From a virus (lineage: Duplodnaviria > Caudoviricetes), in IMG/VR virus record IMGVR_UViG_2140918002_000003, positions 1 to 63,087 of that record: a stretch of 63,087 nt of DNA; one strand, 5' to 3'. The notes below the pieces were generated by a model. That model did no database searches and was not told where the DNA came from. It saw nothing but the letters and a program-made list of their open reading frames with translations. The translations under genes and the position numbers were made by a program. Shown here piece after piece: positions 29,188-39,533 of this stretch. The stretch's first letter is position 1; the number at the start of each line of letters is the position of its first letter.

Positions 29188-29403
29188 TTGATGTCAGAAC
29201 AGAAATTTGTATTGAGAGACCAAGATACTGACTGCACATTTAGGACATGGAAATCTTTAATGCAGAAAACTAGAAGGAAAGCAAATGATGAGGACATGTC
29301 ACTGAAGATGATTATTAATGCAGGAATCATCTTGGCATTATCAAAGAACAAAAAAGAAATCGAAAGTATTTTGAAAAAAGAAAAATTAGGAGGTGAAATA
29401 TAA
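29188..29403 (+). CDS. Hypothetical protein
   Basis: TTTAAATA about 28 nt upstream. Confidence 0.55.
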   Translation: MMSEQKFVLRDQDTDCTFRTWKSLMQKTRRKANDEDMSLKMIINAGIILALSKNKKEIESILKKEKLGGEI

Positions 29404-29980
29404 TTTGAGTTTAGCAGGAGCACAATCAGCACAGGAACTCTGGGTTAACGCACAGAACAAAGAAGGAGTAATTTTCAAGACTATATGGAATTGCACAGAT
29501 ATTAACAGGTTTGAGAAGGAAGAACCAGAAACAGCAAAAAAGATATCAGTAGGACTGGAAGAATTCTTAAAGAAAGATGCAAAGAACATTGAGGTTCTAA
29601 AGAAATTCACTGAAGGATACAGATTACTGATAGACGATTTTGAATACAAGATTATTCAGTTCAATGATGGAAGCAGAAAATTAAGCAAACAAAAGAAAGG
29701 TGGTGCAGGTGGATATACAGCAGGTAAGAGACCGTTCACATTATTCAGAACAGTAATGGTAAAAGCAGGAAAAATAAATGATGTATCAGAAACAATCAAC
29801 AATCAGGAAGAAGGAGACAACTGGGAAATAGTCTACACACATACAGATGCAGAAGGAGATCATTTCTTAATGTGTAATAAGAAACCATATACTCCACCAT
29901 CAGCAACAGCAGTTGATACCACAAAGGGTGACGGTAGTGCAAAAGAAGAGAACAGTGAGCAGGAAGAGCACACAGAATAA
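29393..29980 (+). CDS. Hypothetical protein with acidic tail (possible ssDNA-binding protein)
   Basis: Strong GGAGGTGA SD favours the TTG near 29405; acidic disordered C-terminus; function speculative. Confidence 0.65.
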   Translation: MKYNLSLAGAQSAQELWVNAQNKEGVIFKTIWNCTDINRFEKEEPETAKKISVGLEEFLKKDAKNIEVLKKFTEGYRLLIDDFEYKIIQFNDGSRKLSKQKKGGAGGYTAGKRPFTLFRTVMVKAGKINDVSETINNQEEGDNWEIVYTHTDAEGDHFLMCNKKPYTPPSATAVDTTKGDGSAKEENSEQEEHTE

Positions 29981-31926
29981 GGGGGATGGGGATGAAAACA
30001 CCCCCCATATTCACAAAACCAAAGACGGTATTGTCAGCATTGAAGTCAGTCAGGAAACAATGGATAAAATTTTAGGCAAGAATCAATTGCAGGTTAATCA
30101 AATAGGTTTTCATACAAGTGAAGTTTATCTTGGTGAAAAGTCAGTCAGTGAGGTTCAAAAACTAAAAGAGGAAATGCCCGCAGGACCATTCGTTATTGCA
30201 GCAGACATGGATGCAGAAAAAGAACGTCTGAAATTCGATAATGGAAAACTTAGAACCCTTCTTGAAATGTGGACGGATTATGTGCAACATGACGGAAATC
30301 TTTATTATGTTCAGGTAGACCCATTAAACAGAGTGGTTAAAATTTTAGGAGAAGGAGAAGGAGAGCAAGAAAGTGAACGAGTTAACAGTTAAAGTTACAA
30401 TGTATAGTTTGCTTCCAAACAGTGAAGCAATGCTATACGTCAAAGAAAATGACGACAATATCAAGATACATCAGTTGACAACACTGCAACCATTTGACAA
30501 AATTACTTGCTTTGACAATGATGCCAAACAAACAGTTTTTCGTGATTGTAAGATAGTAAATTTTGAGACAGATATGAAGGATGGTGATTTTAAAGTGCAT
30601 CAACTAAGGATAACTTATGGGAGTATTGATGCACAACAATGAGTCCAACTAGCGATAATCCACCGGTAGATACAGACATAGAACCGCAACCAAACCCTAA
30701 TGCAGATGTAGATGCACCGGCAAATCCCCCCGGTCCACCTACTGAAAATATAGAGAGAAAAAAACCAAAGAAAGGTGAACTAGGATATATTGAAAAAGTC
30801 AAGTCAGCAAGGGGTAAAGGTCCTAACGTTGGACGTGCACATGTTGATGTTGACAGTCATGCCATGTCATATTTTTTGCAAGGTGTTAATTGCAGAATTG
30901 CTGTGTTTGAGAATATGATGATAAGCGGTCCACTTGACACGGATGACCAGAAACAGTATGACTATTTTTTATATTTGAGAGATGAACTTGAGTCAATCAG
31001 AGACGACACCCTCCCAGAATAAAGACATTAAGGACAAAGTAATTTACTTTGGTCCTGATAATGATACATTAAAAAAGATTGAAAATATTTTTATTCATTT
31101 AGATGATGGGTCAGTAATAGATGCACATGCAGGAATGGACAGGACCAATTATGACACAATAAGAATTCTAAAAAATTGCAGTGAGATATGGTTTTGTTTT
31201 GAGAAAAATCACAAAATGGTTGACGAATTATACATACCAACTCATCATATCAAAACAATAAAAGTGAATCACAATAATGAAGGTTAAGATTAACGGTCCA
31301 CCAAAACTTCCATTATCTTTTTGTATGCCATTTGAATCAAAGCAGCATATGCTTGATAGGATTGAAAAATACAAATACGAGATTGCAATGTATAAAGAAA
31401 AGATATTACATAACAAGATACTCATCAAAGAAACACAAAAGGAGTTAAAGTCATTATATTGGTCATAGTCAATATTGATGATAAGATGATTGGGATGTTC
31501 ATTGATTCCCTTGACTGTTTGATAAATCATTATCATGAATACAATTATGAAATGAAGGATATTGTTGCAATGGCAACAACTGCTGTTCAGTTAATGGAAA
31601 GAAGAAAAGATGCAGTTGATAATTCAAAAGAGGTCCCAGACGTAGAGGATCCAAGGGATATTCCGAGACCCGGAACGCATCAGGTTCTAGGCAAAGGACA
31701 AGTCTCTGACAAATGATTGGTTCAGATAAATATGACTAGCAGTAAGTCTGATTACATGATGACCTATAGAATGTATGATAGATTTTCTTATTGTGAAAAG
31801 TGTGGAAGTGGGGGTAATGGATGGAAACCAATCGAGTTAAAATTTTGTCCTGATTGCGGTGAATGGTTAAGACATAAACCAAGAATAAACCGTGCTAGTT
31901 TTCTGGAAACTGTAATACGGTATTAA
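29913..31926 (+). CDS. Run of hypothetical ORFs (29913-30392, 30373-30642, 30639-31022, 30982-31287, 31277-31468, 31459-31716, 31717-31926 Zn-ribbon)
   Basis: Co-oriented packed ORFs; several starts uncertain. Confidence 0.6.
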
Positions 31927-32100
31927 CCCTATTTTTTCTTTGAGTGTTTGCGTTTCAGATTTTCATTGCATATAGGATATGCTTTATCTCCCCCAACTCT
32001 ACGGATGCAATCATCATATTCCTTTTTAGTGACTCCCATTTTCCTGAGTTTTGCACTAGGCATGCAATATATTTTTATACGTTAGTATTTAAGTCCATCC

Positions 32101-33297
32101 GTGGGTAAACAAGTTTTAATTTTAATCCCCTTAGTGCTCCTGATTTTGACAATGCCTGTTCTTTCATTTGGCATAACAAGTCAGGAAGCAAAAGAAAAGA
32201 TTAGCAAATCAATCACAGCGTTGAATGTCACAGGTGATTGGGACGGAGCAGAACAAAAGGTTGACAATGTGACAAGTAATAATTGGACAACAATAGACAA
32301 GTTTTCTGTTTCTGCTAAAGCAAACACAAGTGAATTAGACGAATTTTCGATATCATTATTTAATGACAGCAGTTGGGTTCCAATTGTTATCAATGGAACA
32401 GTTGTCAATGGGACATCTAATCCACCACCTAAACCAATTGAGATTTGTGGTGATGGAATAGACAATGATGGTGATGGACTTGTTGATGAGGGATGTCCGA
32501 TTAAACCCCCAGAGCAACCAGACCAACCGGATAAGAATGTGAACAATTCTGAAATTGTAAGACTTGCTGTAGTTGCTGATATTGATGACAATTCAGGACT
32601 GACAGACCAGATTGCTCTTGCAGAGAAATACAATGCTAACTGCTTTGTAGTTGCAGGAGATTATGCATATAGTTCTGGAAGCAATGTTTTGGATGAGATA
32701 AAGGCAGCAGACTTTGATTGCGTTGTAGTTGTAGTAGGAAATCATGATTCTGGGACTCAGACAAAACAATTCATGGGAATGTCAGATACCTTTGGGCAAT
32801 TCAATTACAAAGATAAAGTATCATTCTATCTGATAGATGCAGACAATGATGCACCATTTGATTGCTCATCAGCACAATTTGCAAAGACAAAGGACCAATT
32901 AGATTCTAGTGATGCATGGTATAACATTCCAATAGTGCACCAACCATTTGTAACTGCACCTTCAAAGCATTCAGGTAATGGTCAATATGCATGCTACAAT
33001 CCATTGTTCCTAGCAAATGGAGTTGAGAATGTATTGCAAGGACATAACCACAATTATCAAAGATTCATGATAGGACCCATAGTTTATGGAGTCTATGGAA
33101 CAGGAACTCATGATACAGGTTCTTCAATGTATACTTTCAGTGGTGATAAATGGAATGGAAATACCTGTATCAAATGTATCACAGGAACCAATGGAATTAC
33201 AATCATGGATTTGAAGATTGATGACCCTGCACAGAGACAAGTTTCTGCATGGTTTATTAGCAACTCGGATCAAGTCAAGGACAAATGGGTGAATTAG
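32101..33297 (+). CDS. Secreted calcineurin-like metallophosphoesterase (purple-acid-phosphatase-like)
   Basis: Signal peptide; EICGDGIDNDGDGLVDEGC metal-binding repeat; motifs ADID, GDYAY, GNHD, VHQP, GHNH. Confidence 0.88.
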   Translation: MGKQVLILIPLVLLILTMPVLSFGITSQEAKEKISKSITALNVTGDWDGAEQKVDNVTSNNWTTIDKFSVSAKANTSELDEFSISLFNDSSWVPIVINGTVVNGTSNPPPKPIEICGDGIDNDGDGLVDEGCPIKPPEQPDQPDKNVNNSEIVRLAVVADIDDNSGLTDQIALAEKYNANCFVVAGDYAYSSGSNVLDEIKAADFDCVVVVVGNHDSGTQTKQFMGMSDTFGQFNYKDKVSFYLIDADNDAPFDCSSAQFAKTKDQLDSSDAWYNIPIVHQPFVTAPSKHSGNGQYACYNPLFLANGVENVLQGHNHNYQRFMIGPIVYGVYGTGTHDTGSSMYTFSGDKWNGNTCIKCITGTNGITIMDLKIDDPAQRQVSAWFISNSDQVKDKWVN

Positions 33298-33300
33298 TAA

Positions 33301-34485
33301 ATGGCAAGTAAGAAAGTTCAAGTATATGTTGAAGAAACTGGAAAACAATTAGCAGACTTCAAGTCAAAGACTCTAACAAAATTATTCAAAAAAATTCCGG
33401 GACACACAGTTGATATTCTGATACAGCAACCAGACGAAATGAAATCAATGGTAGGCAAGTATACAGTTCAAGGTGATTCAACACCACCGGGACCGGGACC
33501 AGACAAAGCACCGGTCATTGATGCAGGAGAGGATGCAACTGTAGGAGAAGGTGTGATGGTTGAGATTGATGGAAGTGCAAAAGATGATGGAAAGATAGTT
33601 GATGTGGAATGGCAGTATGACCCTGAAGTAGAATCTCACATAACAAAGGATCCCGCAGACCCATTGATGCTACATTTCCACACTCCAAATCTAGCAGCAG
33701 GTGAAAAAGCAAGAGGATACATATTCAGATTAATTGTAGAAGATGACAAGTCTAATATTTCCACTGATTCATGCCTTATCACGGTCACTAAGGATGGTCA
33801 GTTACCACCTCCAACTCCCACTCCAACTGGCGTTCTTTACGATTCAAACGTCAATGGGGGTTGGAATAATGGTAAGAAAAGAATAGTCAAATCATCAGAA
33901 GGTAATGTCGGTCCTGATGGAAAGGGATTGTATACAGCAGCATCAGGTAGTCCAGAACTTCATATTGATGGTGACGGAGTTGCACACTTAGTTGCAGGTA
34001 GCGGTGGAGTTGCAAATATTTCACTCAAGTTAAGAAGCAGACATCAGGAAGGTTCTGCTTGTGAAAATAGAGCAGGTGGAGAAGGAGTTGGAATTGACCA
34101 TAGTGGATGGGATATCAAACGAGAAACCTGTCATAACATTCATGATTCAATAGGCAATGGAAGTCTTGACAAAGGAATCAAGGACTATGAATGGAATAAA
34201 GCAGAATTCACATGTCAGGATGAGGGGTCAAATAAGATAAGACTGACAATGAGCATTAACGGAAAGAAACAAGCAGATGTAGTTGACAGCAATGCAGAGA
34301 AATACTTCTTTGACAAAGCACTATTGGAAAAGAATTCTTACTTCTGGATAAGACTCAACAATTCAGCACATGGTAGAATATACATAATGGCAAAGAACTA
34401 CAATTCAAAACTGACACTAGACTTTATGTTTGAACCAAAAGAAAACTCAATTGCATTGAGAAACGTGCTATTGGAAAAAATATAA
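33301..34485 (+). CDS. PKD/Ig-like domain protein with a beta-sandwich C-terminal domain
   Basis: APVIDAGEDATV...IDGSAKDDGKIVDVEW...FRLIVEDD PKD signature; Pro-rich linkers. Confidence 0.7.
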   Translation: MASKKVQVYVEETGKQLADFKSKTLTKLFKKIPGHTVDILIQQPDEMKSMVGKYTVQGDSTPPGPGPDKAPVIDAGEDATVGEGVMVEIDGSAKDDGKIVDVEWQYDPEVESHITKDPADPLMLHFHTPNLAAGEKARGYIFRLIVEDDKSNISTDSCLITVTKDGQLPPPTPTPTGVLYDSNVNGGWNNGKKRIVKSSEGNVGPDGKGLYTAASGSPELHIDGDGVAHLVAGSGGVANISLKLRSRHQEGSACENRAGGEGVGIDHSGWDIKRETCHNIHDSIGNGSLDKGIKDYEWNKAEFTCQDEGSNKIRLTMSINGKKQADVVDSNAEKYFFDKALLEKNSYFWIRLNNSAHGRIYIMAKNYNSKLTLDFMFEPKENSIALRNVLLEKI

Positions 34486-34499
34486 AAAAATAAAGTGGA

Positions 34500-34907
34500 T
34501 TAATCCTCATCCACAGCACAGTAGAGGATTTCATATCCACCAAGACCGTCCATCCCATTACCTTCTTTTTGAGATTTTTTCAGACAATCTTGTTGTTCGT
34601 CGGTTGCATTAAGATATGCCGGACTCACTTTGAACTTATGCCAATTCACTGCATCATGATTTGAATATTTTTCATGGTCTATTCCCTTTGCCAATTCACA
34701 CAAGGATTTTTCATATGCTGCATCTTTGAATTTGCTTGATGATGGACTATTGTCATCATGACCTTTATCGTTCCAGTTCATATCTCCACATTCCATTTTC
34801 TTGTCTGCATACGTTACATTCACATTCGTGTTACCAATACCACTGACTAGGAATAAAAATAGTGCAGCAAGCAAGGTAAATCCTCCAACAGATTTATACG
34901 CCCACAC
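34500..34907 (-). CDS. Secreted Cys-containing protein
   Basis: Hydrophobic N-terminus, TYA-D cleavage-like site, four Cys. Confidence 0.65.
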   Translation of the reverse strand: MWAYKSVGGFTLLAALFLFLVSGIGNTNVNVTYADKKMECGDMNWNDKGHDDNSPSSSKFKDAAYEKSLCELAKGIDHEKYSNHDAVNWHKFKVSPAYLNATDEQQDCLKKSQKEGNGMDGLGGYEILYCAVDED

Positions 34908-35156
34908 AAGACCCAGTAACCAAACACATCATAAATAAAAGTTTGGATTGATAATCTAAACCATAACTCCGTTTTATTTAGATATGCTAAACATATATAA
35001 TGTGAACATTGAATATCTTAACGTGGGTCAATGTTGGAGTTGTGAACGTAATTTTAAAAAATTGGTAACGTTTGAGTATAAAACAGTGAAACCAAAGAGA
35101 GTGTGTTCTGAATGCTATAGATGGTTATGCAGGATACACCGTGTTAAACCAAAAGT

Positions 35157-36671
35157 TTAGGTTCCTGCACCTGCTGCTTCTTCTATTATCCATGCATAAT
35201 CTCTGAATATATCAGGAGATGAGTATGTAGTTGGTGGAATTCCCCCTGCATCAAATTTGACTGCACATGTATTAGCACCGTCAAAGGGGTCATCTGTGCT
35301 CCGAAATACATTGACTTCATTTATTACATCCACAGTATTACCGCTATATTCCACATTGATTCTATCTCCTGTTTTGAGCACATAATTAGATGTCAGATTT
35401 TGGAATACATAATTTGTCTTTGTTCCTGTTAGTGCAGTTGCATTGAGTGTTCCACCGGTCCAAGTAAATGTTGATACAACCTCATCAGTATTTCCATCAC
35501 GTATGACACAGGTAATATCACCTGCGGGTGGACTTCCCCCAGCAGATAGTCTTAATGTGATTCTTCTTGGTTTCTTTCCTACTAACTTAGAACTATTACT
35601 ATTAACTAGAACACCTACTCTATACCTTTCTTTATGTAGATTAGATTCAGTTCCATCATCAGTAACATCATATACTTTTGTGAATGTTGTTACATCCTGT
35701 CCAAGAGAACATTCGTCTATAGGAAATGATATGAGATTCCATCTGAACACATAATCTCTGCTTATAGTTCCTGTTGATGGTGTTTCCTGATTCTCACCTG
35801 AATCAACATCAGATGCAAGTTTTGATGGGTCAATTTCTCTCATTGATAAGTCTTTGAATAGTATAGTTGGTCCATCCCATCTCCATATCATAGACGGTGC
35901 ATCCCATGTCATTATTTCATCTGCTCTATCTGCACCACAATCTAAAGCACCGTTACCGTCATTCCATCCACCCGTATCTGTGGTCTCATTAACTTTTTTC
36001 CAAGTTATACCATCATTATTTGAATTCATCCATGCTTCCATTTTTACATGATTGAATGCTCCACTGGAATCTTTTACAAGATATATGATGTATTTGCATC
36101 CAACCCATTTGTTATGAATACTGCCAAGACCAGTGGACTTTTGACTGTTATCTCTTGTTTGATAATGAACATGCCATTGTTCTTTGAACCATTCTGTAGT
36201 TCCAGAATCACTTCCTGATGGTGCTAAAAAGAATCTAACACCATATGATGAACCTGAACAATCATCTGTGTTTGATTTGTGTGATCCAGTTGGACCTTTC
36301 ATAATGAACCGAGAATCGTCAGTATCAAAATCTGTGCATTTGATTCTTGCAGTCATCTCAAGTCCTTTCATATCCCATTCTTTTGATGATGACATGAATC
36401 CCTGACCCTTTGCTGTTGATTGGTCCAGACCCGGTTTGCTGTAGTCTCTCATGGTAGATTCTGGGACTACCTTCAAACGGACCTGACCATTATCTTTTAC
36501 AGTAAATCCATCTGTATTACTTCCACCATCAGCAAGGTCATCATGAAGGTCCCCATCTGTGCGAGAATCATTCATTACATCTGCAACTGTATCTCGAATA
36601 TACCATTCTCTAGCACCTACCTTAGTAGAGTATATCATTTTTATTCCGAATTTATCGAGTTGATTTGCCAT
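35157..36671 (-). CDS. Putative carbohydrate-binding virion protein (two beta-rich domains)
   Basis: LDKFGIKMIYSTK...EW N-terminus, Trp-rich jelly-roll-like domain; last gene of the tail cluster. Confidence 0.65.
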   Translation of the reverse strand: MANQLDKFGIKMIYSTKVGAREWYIRDTVADVMNDSRTDGDLHDDLADGGSNTDGFTVKDNGQVRLKVVPESTMRDYSKPGLDQSTAKGQGFMSSSKEWDMKGLEMTARIKCTDFDTDDSRFIMKGPTGSHKSNTDDCSGSSYGVRFFLAPSGSDSGTTEWFKEQWHVHYQTRDNSQKSTGLGSIHNKWVGCKYIIYLVKDSSGAFNHVKMEAWMNSNNDGITWKKVNETTDTGGWNDGNGALDCGADRADEIMTWDAPSMIWRWDGPTILFKDLSMREIDPSKLASDVDSGENQETPSTGTISRDYVFRWNLISFPIDECSLGQDVTTFTKVYDVTDDGTESNLHKERYRVGVLVNSNSSKLVGKKPRRITLRLSAGGSPPAGDITCVIRDGNTDEVVSTFTWTGGTLNATALTGTKTNYVFQNLTSNYVLKTGDRINVEYSGNTVDVINEVNVFRSTDDPFDGANTCAVKFDAGGIPPTTYSSPDIFRDYAWIIEEAAGAGT

Positions 36672-36677
36672 TTACTA

Positions 36678-38105
36678 TCACGCAGTATGGGTAAGTGTTA
36701 ACGTCTTTTTCAATGCATCTGAACTTGTATAAACTCTGAAAGTTATCTTCTTTCCACTATTTGTGAAATCCAAGAATACGTATCCGTAATCGCTATCGTT
36801 GCTATATACTACATAAGAAGGAGTGGAATCTATACCATAGTGTGATTTACCACCTGCTCCTGACCCAAAGTAAAGTTTTCCATGATTTGATGCACTCTTT
36901 GAGTAAGAATAATTGGGATCTGTTCCAGCAGTGGTTGGATTACTGGGAGACCCTGAGTTATACTTCAATAATTTTGTGGTCCAGAGATTATGATTATGGG
37001 ACGTGAATACTGCATCTACGCCATATGTATCAAACAGTGGATCATATCTATCACGTCCACCACCATTATTGCTATGGTTTGATGACGGTCCATAGAAAGG
37101 ATAATGATTAAAGACAAAAATCCATTCTATTTCAGGATGATTCTGGTCCCAATCTTTTAGTGTATCTCTTACGAAATTATATTGTGCTGAACCTACAGAA
37201 TCCGATACTGATTGATTCTCTCCTGATTCCATCATTATCATTCCAACATTATTGAAAATCTTTTTGTTGTATGTCTTTGAATATCCCCATGCTGTTAGCA
37301 ATGCATTCTTAGTTGATGGTTGACTTTCATCCTCATCTACATCATGATTGCCAAATGAAATTGATGATTTAGCACGCCATGTTGAACCAATTTTATCTAT
37401 AAAACAAGTGCTACCACTCTTGTAAGCAAGGTCCCCATTGAAAACAATCCATTCAGGACTCCTTGCCTTTATCTTGGACCAGTTAGTATCAAAACTAGAA
37501 CCACATGAACAGTCACCCAATACTACCATCTGAAAGTTAGTCCCTGTTGAATCTGGGTCTGGTGATGGTGTCGGAACCGGTATCTCTGATGTCTCAGGTG
37601 GATTGACTTCAAATCTTACTTTAAGTTGGTCATCTGGAAATTGCACTGCACCGGGATTAACACTATAACGCAACCATAGATTGATGTAATCATTTGGTGA
37701 TAGATTGCCAAGTGCAATTCCACCACTTCTTGACAGCGAACCTATAAAATTAATATTAGAACCTGTCGGTGCTGTGAATTCATCAACAATAGCAGTTTCA
37801 ACAGTATTCTTTCCTGCTTGTGCTTTTGAATAAAGTGCCAAGTCATCATTAGATTTTGTATCTTGCACCATGTAAAACACGACATTACGCATGATGTCAG
37901 TTGCATTATGGTTCTTGACTGCAACACATCTGAAAATTGTGACCCCGCTTGATGCTTCTGATTCCGTTATTCTACGGAAGAGGTTGTTCATCACACCTGA
38001 TGTTATAACTACACTTGATACGTTACCCCCTAATGATAAAGCGGGATTACTATTTGATGACCCACCGGTTAGATGTAGTTTAATATCGGTGGATCCTAAT
38101 GCCAT
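36678..38105 (-). CDS. Virion-type domain fused to a purple-acid-phosphatase-like metallophosphoesterase
   Basis: N-terminal about 170 aa paralogous to 8501-9013; PT/PS linker; GDCS, NGDLAY, GNHD, NHYP, SHNH motifs. Confidence 0.85.
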   Translation of the reverse strand: MALGSTDIKLHLTGGSSNSNPALSLGGNVSSVVITSGVMNNLFRRITESEASSGVTIFRCVAVKNHNATDIMRNVVFYMVQDTKSNDDLALYSKAQAGKNTVETAIVDEFTAPTGSNINFIGSLSRSGGIALGNLSPNDYINLWLRYSVNPGAVQFPDDQLKVRFEVNPPETSEIPVPTPSPDPDSTGTNFQMVVLGDCSCGSSFDTNWSKIKARSPEWIVFNGDLAYKSGSTCFIDKIGSTWRAKSSISFGNHDVDEDESQPSTKNALLTAWGYSKTYNKKIFNNVGMIMMESGENQSVSDSVGSAQYNFVRDTLKDWDQNHPEIEWIFVFNHYPFYGPSSNHSNNGGGRDRYDPLFDTYGVDAVFTSHNHNLWTTKLLKYNSGSPSNPTTAGTDPNYSYSKSASNHGKLYFGSGAGGKSHYGIDSTPSYVVYSNDSDYGYVFLDFTNSGKKITFRVYTSSDALKKTLTLTHTA

Positions 38106-38567
38106 TTAATACGTCACTAATCCCATTTCTACATTCAGATTTCTCAGACCCTTCATTCCCATCTTTTCATAATAGCGGTTGATGTCTTTGAAAGCAGATT
38201 TTTCTATTGTCCTGCTCGTAACATCTTTTGCCTTACTTCTCAGTTTATCATACTGACCATCATATGCGGGTAAATCCAAGATAGAACGAACTTCCAGATA
38301 GAAAGGATTTGGATATTTGATTTTACTTTCTGTTACTATACGTGATGACATTCTTGATATCTCCTCTTCAATATCGTCTATTGTTCTGCGTTGATTTGGT
38401 GGAAGTGTTGGATCATCTGTGCACGAATAGTGCATCGTTATCTCATTATTCTCAGGGTCATAGTTGTCAGTTGTCAAATTTATTCCCGGTGTGCTAGGTC
38501 TGTAATTATTAATCTCTATTCTGTGAAGTCTGTATCTGACTGATTTATGATATATTTTCGCTGTCAT
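38106..38567 (-). CDS. Hypothetical protein in the tail module
   Basis: Packed between tail genes. Confidence 0.7.
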   Translation of the reverse strand: MTAKIYHKSVRYRLHRIEINNYRPSTPGINLTTDNYDPENNEITMHYSCTDDPTLPPNQRRTIDDIEEEISRMSSRIVTESKIKYPNPFYLEVRSILDLPAYDGQYDKLRSKAKDVTSRTIEKSAFKDINRYYEKMGMKGLRNLNVEMGLVTY

Positions 38568-38570
38568 AGG

Positions 38571-39533
38571 TCAAAAGTCCCATGCACCCATAAAGTCACC
38601 TGATGTATTTCCGATAAGTTTGAAGTATTTTACATGCAATATTTTTTCAGTTGTTCCCGTGGGAAGTTTTATACCTGCACGTATTGTTCGTGAGTGTGCT
38701 GTTGTTCCATCAGATGCAACATTTGTAGTTGATGTAGCATTCAATATTCTGTTTGCCATGAAGTAGACTGCTGTTGCAGGTTCGTGTAATAATGCGTATT
38801 GTTCCACATCGGTCCCATCACCGGTAAGGGGTGCTGTTGTTGCTGTAACAAATTCACTTCCACTGGTTCCGTTACCATTAATCACAACCCAGTTTGTTCC
38901 ATGACCATCACAACCTTCCATACCCATCTTTCTAATTGTTGTATCAGGGGTCTGAGTTACTGTATCAACATTGATTCCTACTCTTGTCAATATGTTAGCA
39001 TTAAGATTACAGAATCCACCCCACTGAAAATTCAGCAGGTCTCCCCATTCAAAAACAATTCCCCCTATTGTTCCATGTGCATGACTTCCTGTTGTGGTTC
39101 CCGTCTTAAATCTAGTAGTGACAAATGATTGGTCTATATCAAGAACTCCACTTGCACCAAGTGATTTAGCATCCCACCACATACTTAGATTATATGGATT
39201 GAATGATTCAATCTGTCCTGCTTCGTTAGCGTTTTCAAGTAATATGTCAAGGAATCTTCCACCACCCTCATTATCACCACTACCATCATGAGTATGTGTG
39301 TGAAATATTGGTTCAAAATTTATTCTGTTAAAGTTTGAATCATAGTCTACATAGTATGTGACATTTTTTATCAGTCCACCACTTGTATCAGTGGGTATTG
39401 CTAACCCTATCTGTCTTGAACTTGCTATTGCTATTATGTTGGATCCTGTATCTCTGAGAATGCCTTTTGCATTACAACGAGCAGGACTATAATCTTCGTC
39501 ATCTTCAAACTGTGTTCCTAGATTAAAACTCAT
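38571..39533 (-). CDS. Putative minor tail / receptor-binding protein
   Basis: HTHTHDG metal-trimer motif typical of fibres and spikes; G/T-rich beta composition. Confidence 0.65.
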   Translation of the reverse strand: MSFNLGTQFEDDEDYSPARCNAKGILRDTGSNIIAIASSRQIGLAIPTDTSGGLIKNVTYYVDYDSNFNRINFEPIFHTHTHDGSGDNEGGGRFLDILLENANEAGQIESFNPYNLSMWWDAKSLGASGVLDIDQSFVTTRFKTGTTTGSHAHGTIGGIVFEWGDLLNFQWGGFCNLNANILTRVGINVDTVTQTPDTTIRKMGMEGCDGHGTNWVVINGNGTSGSEFVTATTAPLTGDGTDVEQYALLHEPATAVYFMANRILNATSTTNVASDGTTAHSRTIRAGIKLPTGTTEKILHVKYFKLIGNTSGDFMGAWDF

